Part shown: piece by piece, positions 1-13,956 of the stretch
Layout of the letters: every line of letters begins with the position of its first letter
Position numbering within the stretch: position 1 is the stretch's first letter
DNA from: Hypanus sabinus
Lineage: Eukaryota
Direction: 5' to 3'
DNA: 64,000 bases
Assembly (NCBI RefSeq): GCF_030144855.1
Contig: NC_082727.1
Location: 57,660,001-57,724,000, forward strand
The notes under the pieces: generated by a model
The model's database searches: none
Told to the model about the DNA's origin: nothing
Seen by the model: only the letters and a program-made list of their open reading frames with translations
Position numbers and translations under genes: made by a program

Positions 1-1298
1 CCATCACTGAAATGCTGCCACAACCTATGGATTCACTTTTTCAAGAACTCTGCATCTCATGCTCTCCATATTTATTGCTTATTTATTATTATTATTTATT
101 TCATTTTGTATTTGCACAGTTGGTTGTCTTTTGCACTCTGGTTGAATGTTCAAGTTGATGTGGTCTTTCATTGATTCCATTATGCTTGTTACTCTATGGA
201 TTTATTGAATATACCTGCAAGATATGTACTTTGATAATAAATGTACTTGGAAATTTGAACTTTGTTAATTGGGATACCCTTCATACCACACCGGCCAGCA
301 ACTCCCAATTTAACCCTAGCCTAGTCACAGGAAAATTTACAATGACCAGCTAACCTACCCACCGGAGCTTCTTTGGATGCAGATGACTAGCTGCCGGGGC
401 AATTTGCAATATACATCTAAACCATTAGACTGGTCTGAAGGGGAACACTTGAAAAGATTAAAGTTGATAACTCTGTGTACAGCAAGGCAAGTGTGAAGTA
501 ATGAAAGATTAATACTTCTTGTTTCATCTTTCTCCAGCTCCAGTCTGACAAGACATTATCCAACGTCAGTGATGCCTGCATACCTGTCAACCAATTGTGG
601 CAGTAGGTCAAGAAGGCATATTTTCTTCTATTTTAGGGCAGCTGCAGCCTTAAACTCTTTCAATTAACACTGATAATCTGCTAATTTGGACAGATCGTTT
701 GAATGATTTTGGCAGGGTCAATGAGCAACGTGCAATTTGAGTAAAATGATTCCCCAGATTTCAGCCTCTCAAACACAGAACAAAAGTCTTGTGCTTCTAT
801 TGACTGAGCTGAGGTCAGTGCTTGTGTTGCAATTTGCTGGCAAACGCTGGGGAAGAACACTTGACAAAAGGAAATGGTGGGGCAGTGTAACAGATCCAGA
901 CCCTCAGTAATAGATGTGCACGTTACATAGAGGTTCAGTGTTCACAATGGATCATAAGTGTTGAGTAAACTACTTGTAAAAAAGCTGAAAGAACTCTGTG
1001 GATCAGGCAGCATTTATGGAGGGAAATGGACAGCTGATGTTTTGGGCCTGTACTCTCCACAGATGTCCCCTGACCTTTTGGGTTCTTTCAGCCTTTTGTG
1101 TGGATCAACCATGATTGAATAACGGAGCAGACATGAGGCCCAAATGGCCTAATTCTGCTCCTATATCTTAAAGTCTTATGTTATTTTGCTCCAGATTCCA
1201 GCATCTGCAGTCTCTTGTGCATCTATTTGCTAATGCTTGTCAGCCCAACACCCTGACGACCTCTAGTTTGCTGAAACACGTTTCCCAACAGGTAATCA

Positions 1299-1436
1299 TA
1301 AACACGAGAAACCCTGCAGATATTGGAAATCTAAATCAACACACACAAAATGCTAGGGGAACTCAGCAGGTCAGGTAGCATGTATGGACATGAATAAACA
1401 GTTGACATTTTGGGCCGCGACCCTTCGTCAGGACTG
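1299..1436 (-). mobile_element. Hammerhead-family short retroposon (GAAA box mutated)
   Basis: Reverse complement reads CAGTC CTGACGA AGGGTCGCGGCCC AAAA TGTC AACTG plus the family body. Further decayed copies at ~978-1220, 1512-1562/2114-2170, 2270-2365, 8955-9077, 11836-11925, 13865-13956, 27540-27685 and 30535-30620. Confidence 0.8.
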
Positions 1437-1562
1437 TAAGCATTTTGCTTTAAAAAAGCAACAGGTAGCAGAGCTGCTGCTTCATAACTCAAGCAATCTT
1501 TGTTCAATCCTGAGTAACACACAGAAAATGTTGCAAGAACTCAGCAGGCCAAATGACATCTA

Positions 1563-2113
1563 CAGTACTGTGCAAAAGTCTTAGCCACATATATATTGTT
1601 AGGGTGCCTAAGATTTTTGCACAGTACTGTAGTAATTTTATGTACTGCATTCTACTTCTTCTGCTGCAAAAAAAAATCAAATTTCATTACCTATGTGAGT
1701 GATGATAAACCTGATTCAGATATGGGTCTCTGTTGTGGACTGCGATGGGAAGGGGGCAGAGAGAGAGGAAGAGCGAGGGGAAGAGCGAGGGGAGGGAGTG
1801 GGAAGCACCAGAGAGACATTCTGTAACGATCAATAAGCCAGTTGTTTGGAATGAAATGGCCTTGCCTGGTGTCTCAGGGCTGGGTGTGTCTGCATTCTTG
1901 ACACCCCTTCCCCCAAACACCACCCCGGCACTCCTTCTCCGCCACCTGCCCCACACCTCTCTTGTGGCACTCCACCCTTGCTGTTCCTGACATCCCATCC
2001 TCCAATCACATTTACAAACTCACCCTCCACTCCACATTGACAAATACAGTGCAAATGTCTTCGCCACACTAGCCAGATAGGGTAGGTGTGCCTAAGACTT
2101 TTGCACAGTACTG
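1563..2113 (+). mobile_element. Composite Tc1/mariner-type MITE (mini-MITE hairpin at each end)
   Basis: TA on both sides; TIR CAGTACTGTGCAAAAGTCTTAG; TIR-TIR hairpins at 1563-1629 and 2047-2113. It splits a hammerhead-family retroposon. Confidence 0.88.
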
Positions 2114-2665
2114 TATGTGGAGATGAATAAAGAATCAATGTTCTGGGCTGAGACCCTTTATCAGCACTGGTCATGGGAGAAAGAGAAGGAAGCGGGGCAC
2201 TGGCTGGGGAGTGCGGGCGGGCAATTAGAAGCAGGAGAAGAGAAGAGAGGGGGAAAGAGAGGAGCCAGATCACTTCTTCTCATTGATGCTGTCTGTCTTG
2301 CTAAAGTTCCTCCAGCATTTTGCGTCTGTAATTCTGGATTAACAGCATCTGCAGAATCTCTTGTGTTATTGGTTCAGAACTGAACTCAGGTGATGCCTGG
2401 CTGGAGTTTGCAAGCTCTCCCTGGGACAATGTAACTCTTCCAGTTTCCTCCAATATCCCACAACGATGTGCATCCGGTGGGTAGGTTAACTGACCACTCT
2501 AACTTGCTGCACGTTAAGAAGATCGGGACAAATGAGAAAGGGGAGGATTACTGTAGAAATGAGTGTTTGATGAACTCACTGTGCTGAATGGCTTGTTCTT
2601 GCACCTGTATCTCTCTATGACTCCATGGTTCAATGAAGCTTGGAAGAAAAATGTCACTCATCTCA

Positions 2666-2857
<192 letters not shown>

Positions 2858-3141
2858 CTATGAATACAAGAAACATACAAATAGTTCATTAAATAAAATA
2901 GTGATAGATACAAAAAAAAAATCAACAGCGCATGGTATAGTCTGAATTCCAAAGTTTTAACATCACTTGTAATAAAATAGACAATTGATTTAAACAATAG
3001 AGCAATTGAGATTTATTCTGGAATAAAACATTGTGGGTGCAGGAAGCCTGATTCAGAAACTGCACCTGTGATTAGAGGCCATTGCCCTATCACTAGCTCA
3101 GTGGGAGATGGAAAATTGCAAGATGGTACAACCACAGTTTA

Positions 3142-3352
3142 GCTGGCGGGTGGTGTAGTGGCATCCGCACCAGACTTTCAGGTGAGTGGTCCCAGGTTCG
3201 ACTCTGGATGGCTCCTTGCAAGCTTTCCATCTGCGCCTGGTTGAGCATCGAACTAGCAACTCAGCCTCATAAAAAAACAGACAAATACTAAAGCAACGGC
3301 AAAGTTGCTGTTTGATGCACCACAAGGCACGGAGAGGAACAACAAAACAAAA
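3142..3352 (+). mobile_element. tRNA-derived SINE
   Basis: Pol III A box TGGTGTAGTGG (3151-3161), B box GGTTCGACTC (3195-3204), A-rich (CAAAA) tail. Confidence 0.7.
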
Positions 3353-3814
3353 TTACAACTGTGATGATGAAATGGTGGAGCAGACTTGATGGGCCAAATG
3401 GCCTAATTCTGTTCCTATATCTTATGATCATATGATCTAAACTACATTTTAGCTTTATAGGCCCCAGATGCATGATGTCTCATCACCAATGTGGTCCTGA
3501 CAGCAGGAGGCATTGCACTTCCTGACTAGGAATGATGTTAGGGTGGCTCCTACAAGTTTAAGTTGGTGCCTCTTCACTGAGACCAAATACATCTCATATA
3601 CAGCTCCTCACTGAGGTACAGGTAGGAGAACTGCTCCGTGGTCTTCCAGCTGAGACCCATACCTTCACCCCTATGTTCCTGCTTGTCCTGAACTGTGTAT
3701 CTGCTCGTTCCCCATGGGCAAAATGAGCCTGTGGCAAAAGTGTCAAAACACAGTAACAATGTTCAGCGGCTCTCTCCCACATAGTTGAGCAATTTTACAG
3801 AACTTCAGAATGGT

Positions 3815-4086
3815 TTATTTTAATTTTTTTATTGAGATACAGCATGGAATAGGCCCTTCTAGCCATTGCAGCCAAGCCACCCAGCAACCCCTGATTTAAC
3901 CTGAGCCAAACCACAGGACCGTTTACAATGACCAATTAACCTACCAACTGGTACATCTTTGGACTGTGGGAGGAAACATGGTCACAGGGAGTACATACAA
4001 ACTCCTTACAGGCAGCGGCGGGAATCGAACCTGGGTCACCTATACTATAAAGCATTGTGCTAACTACTATACTACTGTGCTGCCCT
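3815..4086 (-). mobile_element. V-SINE (HE1-like) with CR1-type tail
   Basis: tRNA-like head with GGTTCGATTCC, V-domain TCCCACAGTCCAAAGA, tail GAAGGGCCTATTCCATGCTGTATCTCAATAAA. Related copies at ~270-380, 2395-2625, 14960-15262, 36480-36725 and 46305-46492. Confidence 0.8.
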
Positions 4087-5159
4087 TGTACACAATATGT
4101 GCTGGCATTTATTTCCCACCTCTTACTGTTGTTCTAATCAGGAAACAGTTAAATGTTAGTCATATTCGTGGGTCTGGGTCTGGCATATTACATGGCTCAA
4201 GAATGGAAAATCTCCCTTCTTGAGTGACATTAATGACAGGGATGCTAGTGAACATTTCAACCGATCCAACCTCAAAGAACGGCAGTGCATATGTTCTTTA
4301 CCCAGAAACAATAGCCATCAGGAGTGGGAATCAGAATCAGGTTTACTACCACTGGCATATGTTGTGAGATTGGTTAACTTTGTGGCAGCTGTAAAATGCA
4401 ATACATAATAATAGAAAAGTAATGTGAATTACAGTAAATATATATATAGTAGTTAAATTAAATACATAGTTAAAAATAGAAATAAAAAAGTAGTGAGGTA
4501 GTGTTCATGGGTTCAATGTCCATTCAGAAATCTGATAACAGAGGGAAAGAAGCTGTTCCTGAATCACTGAGTGGGTGCCTTCAGGCTTCTGTACCTCGAT
4601 GGTAGCAATGTGAAGAGGACAAGTCCTGGTTGATGGGGGTCCTTAATGATGGATACTGTCTTTTTAAGGTATCGTTCCTTGAAGATGTCCTGGATACTAT
4701 GGAGCTGAGTGCCCATGATGGAGCTGACTGAGTTTTACTTAGTCAATCTTACTCATTCATGATTAACTGAAGACACACAGCTACTTCAATTCCACTATGG
4801 CTGAATGTTTATTCAAGGCAGATGAGGGATTTTTTGCATTCTGTTACCTGTTATGTTTAAGTCAGCATCTTAAATTGAGAATATGCTGAGGTTCTCCAAG
4901 AAAATGCATTGTTTGCAAAATCTAAGCTTTGTATAATGTAAGTAATCCTGAAGTGCTATTAATGTTTGTATGACTTTATATAAAGTGTGATTAAGTATTT
5001 AATGGGTGACAATGCAGCACATGCTCAGGCTAAACTGGATGCTGGCGATACTGCTGTTCACTGTACTGCACTGTAAACACTTGAAACCACTTGTTATAAT
5101 GCTGTTTACACTGTAAACACATGCTGGTGTTTATGCACATTTTGTTCCGTACCTGGCTT

Positions 5160-5836
5160 GGAGATGCCAGAAACAGTCAAGAGTGAAAATGAAATGATTT
5201 CTCAGCTTCAACAAGTTGGGAACTATGAAGAATTTGGAGGTATTGCCAATCATCATGAAAGTTACAATAAAAATAAAATTTAGAGGATGCAATCATAGAA
5301 GGCATTGTAAAAAGGCAGTCCATTATCTGCACAATGCACACAAAATACTGGAGGAACTCAGCAGGCCAGATAGCATCTATGGGAAAAAGTATAGTCAACG
5401 CTTTGGAACAAAATCCTTTGACAGGACTGGAGACTGTACTTTTTTCCATAACACTGCCTGGCCTGATGAGTTCCTCCAGCATTTTTTGTGTGTTGCTTGG
5501 ACTTCCAGCATTTGCAGATTTTCCCTTGTTTGCCATTATCTGCCCGAGGTGTCTACATTAATTTTGTCAATTTACAGTCAATCAAAGAACACGGCAGCAT
5601 ACACAAGATTAATTCCTTCGTCAATATCTATTACATAGTACTGTAGTAGTGGTAGTGTTCTAATTTGATCTTTATTTCATTTGAATATATAATTTGTTAC
5701 TCAGTTAAATGATAGTGTATCTTTTTTCAATACCTTTTAAAACTATTTCCATTAAACTTTAGCTAATTGGGGCAGCCACTTAATTGGACTAAAATGTACT
5801 GATTTCAATGTGTCCCAATTAACTGGAATCCACTTT
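5160..5836 (+). mobile_element. Tigger/pogo-like DNA transposon 3' fragment
   Basis: Ends in TCCCAATTAACTGGAATCCACT with subterminal TAATTGG repeats; interrupted at 5331-5532. Confidence 0.5.
5331..5532. mobile_element. Hammerhead-family short retroposon, fold-back pair, inserted in a Tigger-like element
   Basis: 11-bp TSD CCATTATCTGC (5320-5330 and 5533-5543). Arms CTGGAGGAACTCAGCAGGCCAG and CTGGCCTGATGAGTTCCTCCAG are inverted. Confidence 0.85.
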
Positions 5837-7260
5837 ACTTGTAAATATATGTGGATAAGGTTGATACTTGAAAATACCTTCCATGAACAAAGCATTGTTG
5901 AAGTACTAAGGCTGCCAATCCTACCTTCAAGTACCCACCCTACTTTCTTAAGACATCTGAAGAATACATAAAAATATTGAATGCAAAAGATGTCAAAAAG
6001 TTACATAACTACCAAATAGGGGAAGTAATTGATAGCAGTTGGATTATCTAGCATGGACTTCACAATAAGATTTGCATATATAATTAATGAAGTACAGATA
6101 TATTTTCCAGAGACATTTTAATGTTTCCAAGGTGTGCAGGGGGCCAAACGCCACTAAGTGTTATTTTAATATTTATTAATGCTTCAAGACCCAATTTACT
6201 CAATTCAATGATTTACCTTAAAACAAGGGAAGTCTGGAAAGTAAGAATCTTTAGGTTCTAAGGAAGCAGCATCCATCATCAGGGACTTCAGCACCCAGGA
6301 CATGCTTTCTTCTCATCACTGCCATTAGGAAGCCTCAGGACTCACACTACCAGCTTCAGGAATAGTTATTACCCTCAATCTCCTGAGCCAGTGGGACAAC
6401 TTCCTCAATTTCACTTGCCCCCTCATTGAAGAGTTCCCACAACTTAAAGACTCACTTTCAAGGACTCTTCAACTCTTGTTTTTGACATATATTGTTTATT
6501 TATTCATTATTACTATTTCTTTTTTATTTGCCCTGTTTGTTGTCCTTTGCACACTGGTTGACTACCCATTTTGGTGCTGTCTTTCATTGATTCTGTTACG
6601 GTTATGATCATTATTCTATTAAAGGTTTGTTAGGCAGTCCTTCCCTCTGCTAGTCTGCAGGTCATGTGAAGCCTTGGGAGCAGGTGGTGGATGGTTGAGT
6701 GAGCAGCTGGTGCACATCACAGGTCCTGGCTATGCGACCAGTGATGCCAGGTAGTCAATCTCTGAAGAGTATTGATAATGGCTGGGATCACACATCTTAT
6801 AAAGACACTGCCTAGAAGAAGACAATGGCAAGCTACTTCCGTGGAACAATCATAGCAATGAGACCATGATCGCCCACATCATATGATATGGCACATAATG
6901 GTGATGATGATGCCTCAATTAGACGGTATGAACTACAAGGGAAGGTTCAATAAACTTGGATAGTTTGCTCTGAAGCATTATAGGCTGAATGGAGACCAGA
7001 CAGGTAGTGGTGGCAGCAGATATGTTAGTGACATTAAATGAAATTACTATGATGAAACATTGTTCTTACATGATCGATCTTACATGATTCAACACTATTG
7101 TTGAAGAATAAAATGTTCGTCATTATTACAAAATAAAGTATTGGACATATTCATAATACAAAATTATCAGGCACAAAGAGAACACAATAGAAAGTCAACT
7201 TTCAAACACATAGTGGTTTTGATTCAATGCATCATATAACATATATGGCAATTTATGTCA

Positions 7261-7410
<150 letters not shown>

Positions 7411-7702
7411 CTACAATTGAAGAAAACACAGTAAGCATTTCTGTAATTGATCTCATTGCATTCAGAACTGACTTGGAAAAACAGGCATTTAATACTTAAA
7501 GCCCTTTCCCTTGGCAAACATCTTGTGATGATTATGAAATTGTACAGTATGCTTTTGCTATTTTATCGATGGCCATGTACAGTCAAAATATTAGTTTAAC
7601 TACTTAGATGGATTGTTTAAAAAAAAGTCCAACTCATCGTTTTAATCCATCAGACAATCTTACTTTAAAATTACAAAAGGAAAACCCAAACAGAACCTAT
7701 CA

Positions 7703-7801
<99 letters not shown>

Positions 7802-8163
7802 TTAGTACAGAATGCAGATGTTTCCATTCAGAAGAAAAAAACAAATGACTAAAAGTTTTGACACAAGTGAGTACTAACACTCCAATTCCACTCCCACCAA
7901 TGAGACAACTCTGTTCCCCTTTGTAAAGGTGCTAGCAGAGCAACATTATCCTTAGACGTGATTATTTCAGTCAACCGTTACCGATAATTGTAATTTACAA
8001 CTGTTGTCGTTGCTTTTGGCTTTCAAACTAAACTTATTTCAATGTAACTAAATGCAGTTGGAAGGACGACAGTGCAAATGAAACCAAGGCAGTTTAAATG
8101 GTTCGGCACAGACTAGATGGGCCGAAGGGCTTGTCTCTGTGCTGTGCTTTTCTATGACTGAGA

Positions 8164-8636
8164 AATTTTATGTATTGCACTGTACTGCTGTTGCAAAAAG
8201 AAAACAAATTTCATAATATACTGTATATGACTGATGATAAACCTGGCTCTGATATGAGTCTCTATTGTGGACTGAGAGTAGGAAGGGGGCAGGGAGAGAG
8301 GAATAATTTTTGGGAAAGGGGGAAGGGAGAGGGGAGAGAGCAGGAAGCACCAGAGAGACATTGTGTAATGATCAATAAATCAATTGTTTGGAATCAAATG
8401 ACCTTGCCTGGTGTCTCAGGGCTGGTGTGTCTGCATCTGCATCAACCCCTGCCCCTGGCACTCCTTCTCTGCCACCTGCCCCATAACCCTCCTGGTGTGC
8501 GCTACCCTTACAATTCCTTTGCTCCAACCAGATTTACAAACTCGCTCTCCACTTCACATTAAAAAATGCAGTACTCTGGAAAAAGTCTTAGGCACCCTAG
8601 CTGTATCTATATGCCTAAGACTTTTGCAGAGTAGTG
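8164..8636 (+). mobile_element. Composite Tc1-type MITE lacking the left hairpin
   Basis: Same internal sequence and right hairpin as 1563-2113. Confidence 0.8.
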
Positions 8637-9298
8637 TGTGTACAGTTAATAGCAGGACAAACAATCTGTTCTTCAGGGGAATAACAGTCTTCTATAATAT
8701 GCTAGCCCACTGCATCATTATCATTTATAAAGTAGAACTGATAGAGAGAAACAAAGTTACTGACAGCACTTCTGTCCCTTTACAAAAGCAATTATGTCTT
8801 AGTCCAGTAATATAGATTCTTTAGTCTTCTTACTATAAAAGGAATATACTTGCTACGGAGGAATTGTAGTGAAGATTCACCACAATGTTTTTTTTAAGAC
8901 TGGCAGGCCTGTCTTGTAAAAAGAAACTGAGTAGGCTAGGGTCTACTTCTGAACAACAAATAAGATGCTGGAGGATCTCATTGGGTCAGACAGCATCTGT
9001 GGAAGGGAATAGATAGTCATCATTTCAGATCTGGTCCTCCACCCTGGTCTAGATGTCTCAGCCCTTCATCAAAAACTAATATTCATAGGTTTTTGAATTT
9101 TCAGAAAATTAAGGGATCTGGGGAAATCGGAATTAAGGCAGAAATTGTTAAACCTCTGATTAAAGCAGGTCTAAGAGGTCAAATGGCCTATTCATTCTCC
9201 AATGTCTTATGTTCTGATGAGGTCAAAATAAATCATACAAGGGAAACTTAACAAAATAACTCTCTCTGTAAACTGAAAATTTAAACAAAAGGCATGTA

Positions 9299-9815
9299 CA
9301 TTCAGTGGCCACTTCATTAGGTACACCTTTACCTCGCTTGTTAATGCAAATATTTAATCAATCATGTGGCAGCAACTCAATGTATAAAAACATGCAGATA
9401 TGGTCAAGAGGTTCAATTGTTCTTCAGACTAAATGTCAGAATGGGGAAGAAATGTGATCCAAGTGAATTTGACTGTGGAATGTTTGTTGATGTCAGACAT
9501 GGTGGTTTGAGAATCTAAGAAACTGATCTCCTGGGGTTTTCACACACAAAAGTTTACAGAGAATGGTGCGATAAACAAAAATAAACATACAGTGAGTTGT
9601 AGTTCAGTGGATGAAAATGCCCTGTGAATGAGAGAGGTTGGAGGAGAATGGCCAGACTGGTTCAAGCTGACAGGGAGGCCACAGTAACTCAAACATCCAT
9701 GTGTGCAGATGAGAATCTTTGAATGTACAACATGTTGAACCTTGAGGTGGATGGTCTGTAGCAGCAGAAGACAACACTGGGTTCCACTCCGGTTATTAAA
9801 GGGGGTCACTGAGTG
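9299..9815 (+). mobile_element. Non-autonomous Tc1 element retaining a degenerate N-terminal HTH transposase region
   Basis: TA on both sides; imperfect TIRs CATTCAGTGGCCACTTCATTAG / TTATTAAAGGGGGTCACTGAGTG. From ~9441 it reads MGKKCDPSEFDCGMFVDVRHGGLRI...RRMARLVQADREATVTQ with stops and frameshifts; no DDE domain. Confidence 0.85.
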
Positions 9816-10877
9816 TATAAGGAATGATCTAATCACATCGCTAAGTGCAGAGTTATATAACAATTTAGTAAAGTATATTTTTCTTCCAGTCATGGAATGT
9901 CAAAGTTTACTTTGTGTAACTTTTCAATGCTTCTTACAGCATTTTGGATAATATATCGTTTAACTGTGATGTTTAGAGCTTCATCACAGATCTGTTTAAT
10001 TACACTTTGCGCTGTAGTCTCTGGATTTCAAAGGAATTCATTGCAAATTCAGAGGCACGGCACATAATGTAAGGTGTTTGGCTGACACAAATAGTAATGG
10101 GGTTGGAATGAGTTGGGTACAATTCAAGAGTGAAGCGGAGAAAGGGAACACATGAAAAATACATTCTCCCAGAAAATCTAGTCAACTGTGGAGCAACACT
10201 GGCAGAGGCCGAACTTCAATTTGCATCCAGGCCTTAAAACTTGGCCTGGTCGATGGTAAGAGGTAAGGAGTGAAATCATTGACATTACCGGCGACCTCTG
10301 TGCTACAGCTGTCCGGGTAACATAAACCTACATTTGTAGAATTCACACATCACTACCCAAAAATTTGAGTTATAAAAAGAAATTGTCCTCAATGAATCTA
10401 CTCTATGTGAAAAAAGTAAATAAATAATCACAAAATTTATTTTTATTCAGCTTGAATTATTTTGCCGCATGCAAAGAATCTATGGCTAGGTGTTGTAGAA
10501 AATCATAATATGGATAAGTTTTGAGGAAAGAAAATAATCCCAACCTACTCTCCCCCACCAATGCCTGCCCCCTGTAATGTAGGGTGACTTGTACTTGAAA
10601 AAAGCTGTGCATCTATAATGAAGCACTGTTGTGCTGTTATAATACTTGAAAAGAATTGAAGCAATAACTGTGGCACAGATTATACAGTACAAAACTTTGT
10701 AGAAGTTTAACCTAGTACGTTTCAAAAATCTAATCTAATTATCAACCTGTTAAATTAATCTCAAGTGTGGAGTCTGCCTGGTGTTTCAGATTCTCAACCT
10801 TCCTGAACATTCTGCAGCTTTCTCTGATTTTCTAAAAGGCAGTGAAAATAATCTTAGCCATTCTTCTAAAAGCCTTA

Positions 10878-11111
<234 letters not shown>

Positions 11112-11968
11112 GCTTAGAGCAACATCAATCAGCCCACACTCCTAACAAGTCAAGTTCATTGTCATTTAACTACATGCATGTGTATGACATATCTAACCAT
11201 ATAAAGTACATAGAAATTAGACAATGTTTCTTTGAACCGGGGTGTAATACACATAACATAGGACAAAATCTACAGATGAATCACACAAAAATAATAAACC
11301 AAAGTGCATTAATATTAAATATTGTAAGGGTCAGAACAGATTGACCGGTGACGTTCCGAATATGATGCGGTCAGCAGTTCAGAAGCCTAATGGCCTGGGG
11401 GAAGAAATTGCTTCTCATCTCAATTGTTCTTGTTTTTATGCACTGTAGTCTCCTGCCTGGTGGTAGAAAGTCAAAGAGGACGCTGGATGGATGAGTGGGA
11501 TCCTTAGAAACACTAAGGGCCCTGCATAGGCAGTGCTCCTGATAAATATCCCCAATGGATGGTAGGGAGACCCCTATTCTCCTTATTTATTCAAACAAGC
11601 CACTCATGATTTTGAAACCAATCTCTTTCTCTGCTGATAGAGTAAACAATAGCGTGAGCACTGGAGTTAACAGTGCCAATGAAGTCCCTTATCCCTGGTG
11701 CTGTTCCACTAAATCTCTTCTTCACCCTTTCTAAGATCTTTGTAACTTTTCTAAAATTGATTACAGTAGTAATTAGGCTAAGGCATAATCATTGCTTTGT
11801 GTTTTAGCATGCTTCTCTCAGCCAACAAACTCTTGTAGCCCTGATGAAAGATCTTGGCCCAAAGCAATGTCTATTTATTCCCTTCCATAGATGGTGAACT
11901 CCTCCAGCATTTTGTGTGTGTTACTCTTGTAGCTTTTAACAGACTTCCCAAAACAGATCAGCCACACA

Positions 11969-12516
11969 CAATATTGTGCAAAAGTCTTAGGTATATATAT
12001 ATATATAGTTTGGGTGCCTAACACTTTTACACAACACTGTATTTGTCAACATGGAGCAGAGAGCAAGTTTATAAATCTGATGGGAACAAAGGATGTTGAG
12101 AATGCCGAGGATGGAGGGCAGCGGGAGGAGTGTGGGACAGGTGGCAGATAAGAGTGCCAAGGGCAGTGGGTGGCACGGGTACAGATGCACCTGGCCCAGA
12201 GACACCAGGCAAGATCACTTCATTCCAAACAATTGGTTTATTGGTCACTATAGAATGTTTCTTTGGTGCTTCCCACTCCCTCCCCTCTCCCTTCTTTTCA
12301 CAACAATGATTCCCCTCTCCCTGTCCCCTTCCCACTCTCAATCCACAATAGTGACCCATATCAGAATCACGTTTATTATCACTCACATTTGTCATGAAGT
12401 TTGGTTTTTTTGCGGCAACAGTACAGTGCAATATGTAAAATTACCACAGAACTGTGCAGGTCTTAGGCACTTTAGCTATACTGTATATGTGTACCTAAGA
12501 CTTTTGCACAGTACTA
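11969..12516 (-). mobile_element. Composite Tc1-type MITE, reverse orientation
   Basis: Reverse complement of the 1563-2113 architecture; both terminal hairpins present. Confidence 0.85.
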
Positions 12517-13956
12517 TACTTTCAGCCAAGGACACATAATTCCTTCTGTTAAAACTGCACCATTTTCATTCCTCCAACCAAAACTGTTTCACTTCACACT
12601 TCCTTAATTTTAATAGGGCTCACATTTGTCCTGTTCTCCTTTATCCATTATTTCATTCCTAGGCTTTCCAGTTTTCATTGCAATAAAAAGCAAACACCAT
12701 CCCTCCACCAAATCTCAGCTTTACTCTTGATAGTTCTTCACACCTATTGGGACTTACTTCCAAAATTTCCCTTTCATCTTCCTCACACCATTCTGTGCCA
12801 CACTGTCAGTGACAGCTCACCTGTCAGTGCTTCATTCTAAACATATTGTGTCTGCCTTGGTATTCATCTCTCTTCAGTGTTTAACCAGCTTCTATCGCCA
12901 CCACTTATTCTTTCCTGTATTTCCTGAATATCCTGAAATCTGCAATACTGTTCTCAAATAATTAAATGAATAAACTTAGCTACATATGCACCAATATATC
13001 AAATTTAACGAAGTAATGAGCTTCCTCAAAATTCACATTCAAAGTTTCTGAAAATAATTTGCCTTGGTCAGTTATATATGCCAGCAATAATTTCTCCTTA
13101 CTTATCAGAAGCCCTGACAATGTTACTGAGCATTTCTGTACGGTTGAGGTACTCAACAAGAGGTTGATAAAACACTAACATTCAATTGTGAAAACAAAAT
13201 CAAATACTTGCAAATAGTTCTAAAGTTTAGTTGTGTAAATCCTCCAGGAGGACCACAATTATGTTGTGGTTTCATGTCTCGATGAAGTATGAACTACATA
13301 GATGTGTAAAATGAAACTGTGTTTAGAATGCACTGTTGGACATTTCTTACTTTTAATTTGGCATATATGTAAACTTATTAATATCATAAATATTTAAGTA
13401 CTACTAAAGTTGTGCAATTATTTTAAAATATATTTTTTCTATTATAACAGCTCAGTAAATCACCTTCAAAAAGTGATGCCTCAAAAAGGCAGCATCCATC
13501 ATTACGGACCCCGATCACCCAGGACATGCTCTCTTCTCATTGCTACCATGAGGGAGGAGGTACAGGAGCCTGAAGGCACACACTCAACAACTCGAGGACA
13601 GCTTCTTCCCCCCCACCATCAGATTTCTGAATGAACATTGAACTCATGAACACTACCTCACTATTTTTCCCTTTCTTTTTGCACTACTTATTTAATTTAT
13701 TTTTATACATAATTCTTATTGCGATTTGTGCTTTTTAATATGTATTGGTTGTACTGCTGTCTCAAAGTGAACAAATGTCACGACATATGCTGGTGATGTT
13801 AAACCAGATTCTTATTCAGTACTATAGACTCATGCAACAGAACAAAACATTTTTAAGAGCAATAGACACAAAGTGTTGGAGTAACCCAGGTCAGGCAGCA
13901 TCTATGGAGAGGAATAAACATTCAATGCTTTGGGCTGAGACACTTCATCAGGACTG

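Noticed and set aside
480-610. Possible GRK exon 10 (DLKPENILLDD) near the LTLDN peptide
   Set aside because: No DLKPEN motif; the exon must lie beyond the left edge of the window.
1596-2273. Overlapping 60-150 aa ORFs from the ORF track (also at 8170, 12069, 24526 and 61372)
   Set aside because: They recur only because they lie in non-coding MITE or LTR repeats; frames are not conserved between copies.
3142-3215. tRNA gene
   Set aside because: A/B boxes are present, but there is no convincing cloverleaf and the sequence continues into a SINE body and tail.
10195-10580. Possible DNA transposon with CAG(A/G)GG...CCCCTG ends
   Set aside because: TIRs and TSD are too weak to support a call.
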